This document shows positions 58,717-64,000 of a stretch of DNA of 64,000 nt, one piece after another. The position numbers were made by a program, and so were the translations under genes. Every line of letters begins with the position of its first letter. Position 1 is the stretch's first letter. Origin of the DNA: a bacterium. Lineage in GTDB: Bacteria; UBA10199; 2-02-FULL-44-16; JAAZCA01. The stretch is from NCBI GenBank assembly GCA_963674695.2, contig CAXXGI010000001.1, positions 160,001 through 224,000 of the forward strand, in the 5' to 3' direction. The notes under the pieces are model-generated. The model worked only from the letters and a program-made list of their open reading frames with translations, was not told where the DNA came from and ran no database searches.

Positions 58717-58939
58717 ACCAAACCTCACATCGGGGACGGTTCGAGTTGCCTATTTATCCATTTATTTCAGGGAGATGCACGTCTCACTGCAACAGCGGGG
58801 ACGGATCTATTATTGGCATATTGATCCTTATTCAAACTGCCAATAATAGATCCGTCCCCGCTGTAGGGGGTTCGTCGGGAACCTTTTGAAATGATTGAAT
58901 AATAGTGAAACTAGAACCGTCCCCGCTGTGAGGTTTGGT
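58717..58939. repeat. Long nested palindrome filling the intergenic space between convergent genes
   Basis: Outer arms ACCAAACCTCACATCGGGGACGGTTCGAGTT / AACTAGAACCGTCCCCGCTGTGAGGTTTGGT; inner perfect 27-bp stem 58792-58818/58838-58864. Confidence 0.85.
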
Positions 58940-58940
58940 G

Positions 58941-61346
58941 TTACCACGGTTGGAAGGATTCGAGTTGGACCTTGTCGAGGTCGATGGCGATGAGATTGAA
59001 GCCGGCGCCGACGTAGAGGGTGCCGCCTTGGAGGGCCATGGCGGTGGGGGCGGCCGGGAGGGTGGCGTATCCCTGGAACTCCTCGCCGCCGTCGGCGCTC
59101 ATGTCGATGAAGAGGACGTGACCGATCTCGCCGCCGGCGCGCGTCCACATGGGGAGTTCGTCCTCGCCCTCCGGGCGGATGGCGATGTAGGCCTTCGATC
59201 CATCGACCGCGATGTCGACGATGCGCATATCCTGAACCGGAAGCGAAATCGAACGCTCGATGGGGGTGACCTCGTCCTCCAGATCGACCGTGAACAGCGC
59301 AGCGTTCGGCTGTTCGACGCCGAGATAGACGCGCCGTCCGGTCTCATCGAAGACGATCTCCGACATCGGGGCGATACGAACCTCGCCGAGCGGGATGATG
59401 CGCTTGCGCTGGATCTCGAACGGCTCCGGATCGAAAAGCGAGATGCTGGCCTCGTAATCGTCGTCTGGATTCACCTGTCCCGCATTGAGCGCGACGAGGA
59501 TCTCCTGATCGCCCTCGCCCACGTCGAGCATCGTGGTACCGAGCGCGGAGAGATTGATGCCGCCGGTAAAACCAAGATGTTCCAAATCGCCGTAGGGTTC
59601 TCCCTCGTCGCCGAAGCAGAGGATCGTGCCCTGCACGAAACGTCCCGGCGCATCGCCCACATCGCGCGTCCTCATGACAAAACGGCTGCGATCCAGATCG
59701 ATGGTCAGCGAAGGGAAATCACCAAACGCCTGAGCCAACGGATTGATCCCCTGCTCCTTCAGCGAAGGCAGGATGCCCGTGAATCGAAACTCCGCCTCTT
59801 CATCGCCCCCTTCGGCATCATCGATCTCAGGGGAGAGTGCCTCGACAAAACCGACTTCGATATGACGCACACCGGAAGCGTCCACCCCGCCGCGACGTAC
59901 GATGGCAAAGGGCTCTCCCTCTTCCGGCAGCATCATCTCGTCATCCTCGATATCGCCACCCGCATCCGGCATGGGCGCAACAGCGCTGCGCATATATTCC
60001 ACGCCCGCATGATACCAATTGGCACTGGAGATGAAGATACGATCGCGATCGGGCGCGGTGGAATGATGATAGGCGATTCCGCCCGGATAGGTGGGCGTGT
60101 AGAGCGGCCCGATGCCGGGGATGACGATCTCATCGATCTGCGTATGAGAGACGAGAGCCTCCTCGGCTTCAAGGCCCTCTTCCATCACGAGGTAATCGAT
60201 CGGCGTGCCCACATCCATCGGGGCCCCGTCGGCGACGATATAACCATGCGAGAGCGCGGCGCGCGCAACGGGTGAAACCCCCTCGGGGAGCTCGGCGCTC
60301 ACCTGGCAATCGACATCCTCGATGCCATCGACGGCACAGGCATAGGTCGCCATCGGGGCATCGCCATAGAGGGCGAGCCCGCCATCGACGGCATCGATGT
60401 CGACGATCGGCGCATCGAAGACCGCAGCGGTGTAGTTGATCCCCGGCGGCGGCGGATCCTCCTCCTCCAATTCCGCATCCGGCTCGGGGTCGACATCCTC
60501 GTCGATATCGCCATCAACGTCATGCTCGGGTTCGAGTTCCGGCTCGAGTTCGGGTTCGAGTTCGGGTTCGAGTTCGGGCTCGAGCTCCGGCTCGAGTTCG
60601 GGTTCGAGTTCGGGCTCGAGCTCGGGCTCGAGTTCGGGCTCGAGTTCGGGTTCGAGTTCGGGCTCGGCATCGACCTCTTCATCACCGTCGACGGGATGCT
60701 CCTCTTCAATATCAGGATCCTCATCAACATCAGCATCATCATCGATGTCAGGCTCTTCGTCGACCTCCTCGTCGCCGTCGACCGGTTCGTCCTCTTCGAT
60801 CTCCGGTTCTTCGTCGACCTCCTCGTCGCCATCGATCGGCTTCTCCTCGATATCCCGATCCCCATCGATCGGCTCGAGCTCCCCATCGACATCCCCATCC
60901 TCGGAGATATCGACGTCCTCGGGCCGATCCCCATCAACGGAAGGATCGCCGTCCGCTTCATACTCATCGCCATCGAAAGGCGTCGTATGCGGCGAGGAAC
61001 AACCGAAGCCGACACTCGCCCCGTGGCCGATGGAGACATGCAGTCGATCGAGCGCATGTTCGAGCTTTGCAGCGGCACTGGAGAGACCGGCGGCCTCACC
61101 GTAATACAACAGGGGACTTCCGAAGAGGCTGACCGCCCCCCCGCCAACGCCACCACGCAGGAGATACTGCAGCAGATGATACTGGTCCTGGGCAAGCCCC
61201 AACGTGCCGGGCTTGACGAGGGGATCGTTGATGTCGGTGGGATCGAGGCGCCCGTCGCCGGGAGTGGCGTCGAGCCGACGCAGCGTCTCGTTATAGCGCT
61301 GCATCAGAAGTCGTGCCCTGGTTTCGAGGTCGTTCACGGCGCTCAT
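58941..61346 (-). CDS. Acidic repeat protein (DGDEE and EPEL repeats) with a C-terminal beta-propeller-like region
   Basis: (EPEL)x11 at 60525-60665; four (V/I)DGD.(E/D)(V/I).E.P units; propeller-like strands; no N-terminal signal peptide. Confidence 0.7.
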   Translation of the reverse strand: MSAVNDLETRARLLMQRYNETLRRLDATPGDGRLDPTDINDPLVKPGTLGLAQDQYHLLQYLLRGGVGGGAVSLFGSPLLYYGEAAGLSSAAAKLEHALDRLHVSIGHGASVGFGCSSPHTTPFDGDEYEADGDPSVDGDRPEDVDISEDGDVDGELEPIDGDRDIEEKPIDGDEEVDEEPEIEEDEPVDGDEEVDEEPDIDDDADVDEDPDIEEEHPVDGDEEVDAEPELEPELEPELEPELEPELEPELEPELEPELEPELEPELEPELEPEHDVDGDIDEDVDPEPDAELEEEDPPPPGINYTAAVFDAPIVDIDAVDGGLALYGDAPMATYACAVDGIEDVDCQVSAELPEGVSPVARAALSHGYIVADGAPMDVGTPIDYLVMEEGLEAEEALVSHTQIDEIVIPGIGPLYTPTYPGGIAYHHSTAPDRDRIFISSANWYHAGVEYMRSAVAPMPDAGGDIEDDEMMLPEEGEPFAIVRRGGVDASGVRHIEVGFVEALSPEIDDAEGGDEEAEFRFTGILPSLKEQGINPLAQAFGDFPSLTIDLDRSRFVMRTRDVGDAPGRFVQGTILCFGDEGEPYGDLEHLGFTGGINLSALGTTMLDVGEGDQEILVALNAGQVNPDDDYEASISLFDPEPFEIQRKRIIPLGEVRIAPMSEIVFDETGRRVYLGVEQPNAALFTVDLEDEVTPIERSISLPVQDMRIVDIAVDGSKAYIAIRPEGEDELPMWTRAGGEIGHVLFIDMSADGGEEFQGYATLPAAPTAMALQGGTLYVGAGFNLIAIDLDKVQLESFQPW

Positions 61347-61371
61347 CACAACTCCCGTAAAGAGCAACAGA

Positions 61372-61404
61372 CTGGATTCCCGCTTTCCCCTTGCGGGAAT
61401 GACA
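61372..61404. repeat. Half CGTC-type REP in a 5' UTR
   Basis: CTGGATTCCCGCTTTCCCCTTGCGGGAATGACA. Confidence 0.6.
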
Positions 61405-61413
61405 TGCTCCCCC

Positions 61414-61439
61414 TTATCGCATAACTCCCGAAAAAGTTG
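61414..61439 (-). promoter_or_regulatory. CAAC-N16-CGATAA motif (sigma28-like)
   Basis: Minus strand GCAACTTTTTCGGGAGTTATGCGATAA. Confidence 0.55.
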
Positions 61440-61491
61440 CGTCTTTTTTGGCCAGACCGCAAACCCGCATTCAGAAGAGCATTGCGGCCCG

Positions 61492-62922
61492 TCACCCCAC
61501 GTTCATATATTCCCGGACCCGCAGTTCAACGCCGAGCTGGGCCGCTTTTTTGCGGCAGGCCTCGACATCGACTCCCGGCATCGCCACGATCGAGGCGACC
61601 ACCTCCGGGATAAAGCGCTTTGCATCCGTGATAAAGGCGCAGACCGCCTTATAAGCCGCTTCCCCATGTTTGGAGGGGCAGATCCCGACATAAGCCTTCG
61701 CCTCCGGCGCATTGAGCGAAACGCTCACCGCGTCGATGAGGCCCGCCAGCTCTGACGGAATGTCACGGCCATGCACGAGACTGGCCAACCCGTCGGTGTT
61801 GAGCCGGATGCGACGCACCCCGCGTTTCTTCAACGCACGCGCCACCTCTTCGACCACATCGATGCGCAGCGTCGGCTCCCCATAACCGCAGAAGACGATC
61901 TCCTCATACGCATTCGGATCGCCGATCGCGTCGAGCACTTCCTGCACACTCGGTTCGCGCTCGAGTTTCAAGTAGTGCCCCTTCACCTCGAAGTCGATCG
62001 CCTTCGTACAGAAGCGACAGGCGAGCGAACAGCGATTGGTGATGTTGAGGTAGAGCGCGTTGCGAATGGGATAGGCGATCTGCGCGGCGAGCACCACACC
62101 CGGAAGACCGAAGAGACGCCGCGCATTGAGCGTGGTGATGCGCGCGACATCCTCGAACGCCAGCCCTTTGAGCGCAGCGATCTTCTCGGCAACACCGCGC
62201 ACAAAGGCCGGTTCGTTGCGCTTCCCCCGATGCGGCACCGGCGCGAGAAAGGGACAATCGGTCTCGATGAGCATGCGTTCGATGGGAATGGCACGCACCA
62301 CATCGTGCAGGACGCTGGCCTTCGGGAAGGTGACGATGCCGGGGATGGAGATCAAAAAACCCGCATCGATCGCACGCTCGGCAAAAGCGACGTCGCCTGA
62401 GAAACAGTGAAAGACGCCGCCGCAGTGCCCGACGCCCGATTCCTCGATGAGCGCCCAGGTCTCCTCATGCGCTTCGCGATCGTGGATGACGACCGGTTTA
62501 TCGATGCGACGTGCCAACGCCAACATTTCGGCAAAGATGCGACGCTGCACATCGTGTGGCGAGTGATCGTAGTGAAAATCGAGGCCGATCTCACCGATGG
62601 CGACCACCTTCTCGTTCGCCGCCAACTGCTCCATCCGCTCCATCCAGGCGGCATCAACTTCGCTCGCCTCGTGCGGATGTCCACCGACGGTGGCAAAGAG
62701 GCGCGCGTCAGTCTCGGCCAGCGCAATCGCCTCCTCGTTTCCCTTCAACCCCGCACCGGAACCGACGAGGACAATCGCCCCCAGGCCCGCCTCCCATGCG
62801 CGCGCGAGCGCCGCGTCGCGGTCGTCGTCGAACGCCGGAAAGGAGAGGTGCGCGTGCGTGTCGATGAGCTCGACCTCGCACGCGTGCACGCCATCACCGT
62901 TGTTATTCGTGGTTGTGGTCAT
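61492..62922 (-). CDS. tatD: TatD DNase fused to TatD-associated radical SAM domain
   Basis: DTHAH, GEIGLD, HCFSG, ETDCPFLAP.PHRGKRNEP; LYLNITNRCSLACRFC, FCGYGEP; true start may be slightly downstream. Confidence 0.9.
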   Translation of the reverse strand: MTTTTNNNGDGVHACEVELIDTHAHLSFPAFDDDRDAALARAWEAGLGAIVLVGSGAGLKGNEEAIALAETDARLFATVGGHPHEASEVDAAWMERMEQLAANEKVVAIGEIGLDFHYDHSPHDVQRRIFAEMLALARRIDKPVVIHDREAHEETWALIEESGVGHCGGVFHCFSGDVAFAERAIDAGFLISIPGIVTFPKASVLHDVVRAIPIERMLIETDCPFLAPVPHRGKRNEPAFVRGVAEKIAALKGLAFEDVARITTLNARRLFGLPGVVLAAQIAYPIRNALYLNITNRCSLACRFCTKAIDFEVKGHYLKLEREPSVQEVLDAIGDPNAYEEIVFCGYGEPTLRIDVVEEVARALKKRGVRRIRLNTDGLASLVHGRDIPSELAGLIDAVSVSLNAPEAKAYVGICPSKHGEAAYKAVCAFITDAKRFIPEVVASIVAMPGVDVEACRKKAAQLGVELRVREYMNVG

Positions 62923-63625
62923 TCGGGTTGTCGATCACTTTTCCGGACAACGTTATTTCCGTCTCGTCCCTGCGGGGAAAGTCGTCATCGAAAGCAGCGA
63001 GCATCCGGTCAAAGAGTTGGACGAAGGGAGCCTCGGCGGTTGCCTGTGCAAAACGACGTGCGCGGGTCAAATAATTGCGACTCTCATCCACACCCCAACC
63101 CCGTTTGAGCAAAGCCTCGACCAGCTCAAAATCGATATTCTTGGCCGAAACGAAGCCATGAAAATCATCGCCAAAGGATTTATTCAGCATCTCGACCGCT
63201 TTGCGCTTTTCGCCCTTGCGCACGTGGGCCAGACCCATGGTGCTGTAGGCCTGATGTGCAAAGACCGGATTGTCGGGGATGATCTCGAGCACCTTCTTCG
63301 CCTTTCGAATGGCCTGGCCATATTCAGCGAACTGATCGATGAGCAGGCGCGCCGAGATAATCTTGAGCGCCGGATCCTGGGGGAGGAGTTTTTCCGCGCG
63401 CTGGTAGTGTTTCCAGGCGGTCTTGTATTCCCCCTGCACCTTGGACAGAACGCCCATCACCGAATGATAGAGGGCGATGGCCGCATCGTCATCGGTGCGC
63501 GCCATGTTCGAGGCGATGAGCTTTTCGGCGTCATCGTACTGCTTCGCGCCGATGAGCTCGAATGCGCGCATACAGACATCCGAAGGGTTCACCGATGAGT
63601 TCTCTTTTTTGTTTGGATCAATCAT
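62903..63625 (-). CDS. TPR-repeat protein
   Basis: Helical repeats ALYHSVMG..A.KHY.RA..L.P, AYSTMG. Confidence 0.7.
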   Translation of the reverse strand: MIDPNKKENSSVNPSDVCMRAFELIGAKQYDDAEKLIASNMARTDDDAAIALYHSVMGVLSKVQGEYKTAWKHYQRAEKLLPQDPALKIISARLLIDQFAEYGQAIRKAKKVLEIIPDNPVFAHQAYSTMGLAHVRKGEKRKAVEMLNKSFGDDFHGFVSAKNIDFELVEALLKRGWGVDESRNYLTRARRFAQATAEAPFVQLFDRMLAAFDDDFPRRDETEITLSGKVIDNPNDHNHE

Positions 63626-63630
63626 AACAC

Positions 63631-63661
63631 CCGTGATTCGTGAACCGTGACCCGTGACCCG
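63631..63661. repeat. Heptamer tandem repeat x4
   Basis: ccgtgat tcgtgaa ccgtgac ccgtgac. Confidence 0.65.
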
Positions 63662-63672
63662 AAAAAAACCGT

Positions 63673-64000
63673 TTACGGCATGGCCAGTACAGTCATCATC
63701 TCTTCGTGAATATGCCCATTCGATGCCAGGATCTCGCGACCATAGAGATCGTAGGGCGAGGCGTCAAATGCCGTCACACGACCGCCGGCCTCGCGGATGA
63801 GCAGCACGCCCGCGGCCATATCCCAGGGTTTCAAAAAGAACTCCCAGAACCCATCGACGCGCCCACAGGCAACCCATGCCAGATCGATGGCCGCTGAACC
63901 GGGACGGCGCACCGCGCGCGCCGTCTTCACAAAATGCCCGAAATGATCGAGATTGTCGAGGGCCTCTCCCTCCTGCACGTTATAGGCGAACCCCGTGGCG
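63673..64000 (-). CDS. suhB: Inositol monophosphatase family protein (5' truncated)
   Basis: RRPGSAAIDLAWVACGRVDGFWE..LKPWDMAAG.L...EAGG, ASNG. Confidence 0.9.
   Translation of the reverse strand, partial: ATGFAYNVQEGEALDNLDHFGHFVKTARAVRRPGSAAIDLAWVACGRVDGFWEFFLKPWDMAAGVLLIREAGGRVTAFDASPYDLYGREILASNGHIHEEMMTVLAMP

Noticed and set aside
61492-62922. TatD-radical SAM fusion as a novelty
   Set aside because: Already a described association/fusion in deltaproteobacteria and others

Overview
GC-rich bacterial chromosome segment. The gene content (TIGR02147 family, DUF3160, thrombospondin-3 lipoproteins, PEGA protein, MAT-like fibre, type IV pilin) suggests a deltaproteobacteria-like lineage (Myxococcota/Bdellovibrionota/UBA10199-like); this is inference. 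Contents: a sigma54-type surface/adhesin operon (1-6184); two split xanthine-dehydrogenase-family gene sets with xdhC, mocA-like and guaD; mutY; yacG; a glycosylation cluster (GT2, three GT-C-like membrane proteins, radical SAM, AsnB) with a pilin gene in its middle; ychF; an AT-rich DUF4258/MqsA-type toxin-antitoxin islet beside tRNA-Gly(CCC); ndk, gyrA, hup, tatD-rSAM, suhB; large secreted repeat proteins; about 12 CGTC-type REP elements; and many heptamer microrepeats. Main unexplained signals: (1) a non-coding array of 77-bp hairpin units bracketed by tRNA-Gly 3'-end copies; (2) a recurring promoter-like motif CAAC-N16/17-CGATAA (sigma28-like with a variant -35) in front of seven non-flagellar genes, several lacking signal peptides, including a degenerate Clp-type AAA membrane protein; (3) a pilin-centred glycosylation/modification cluster; (4) repeat-derived in-frame insertions inside conserved enzymes. 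All calls come from reading the sequence by eye; no database searches were run.
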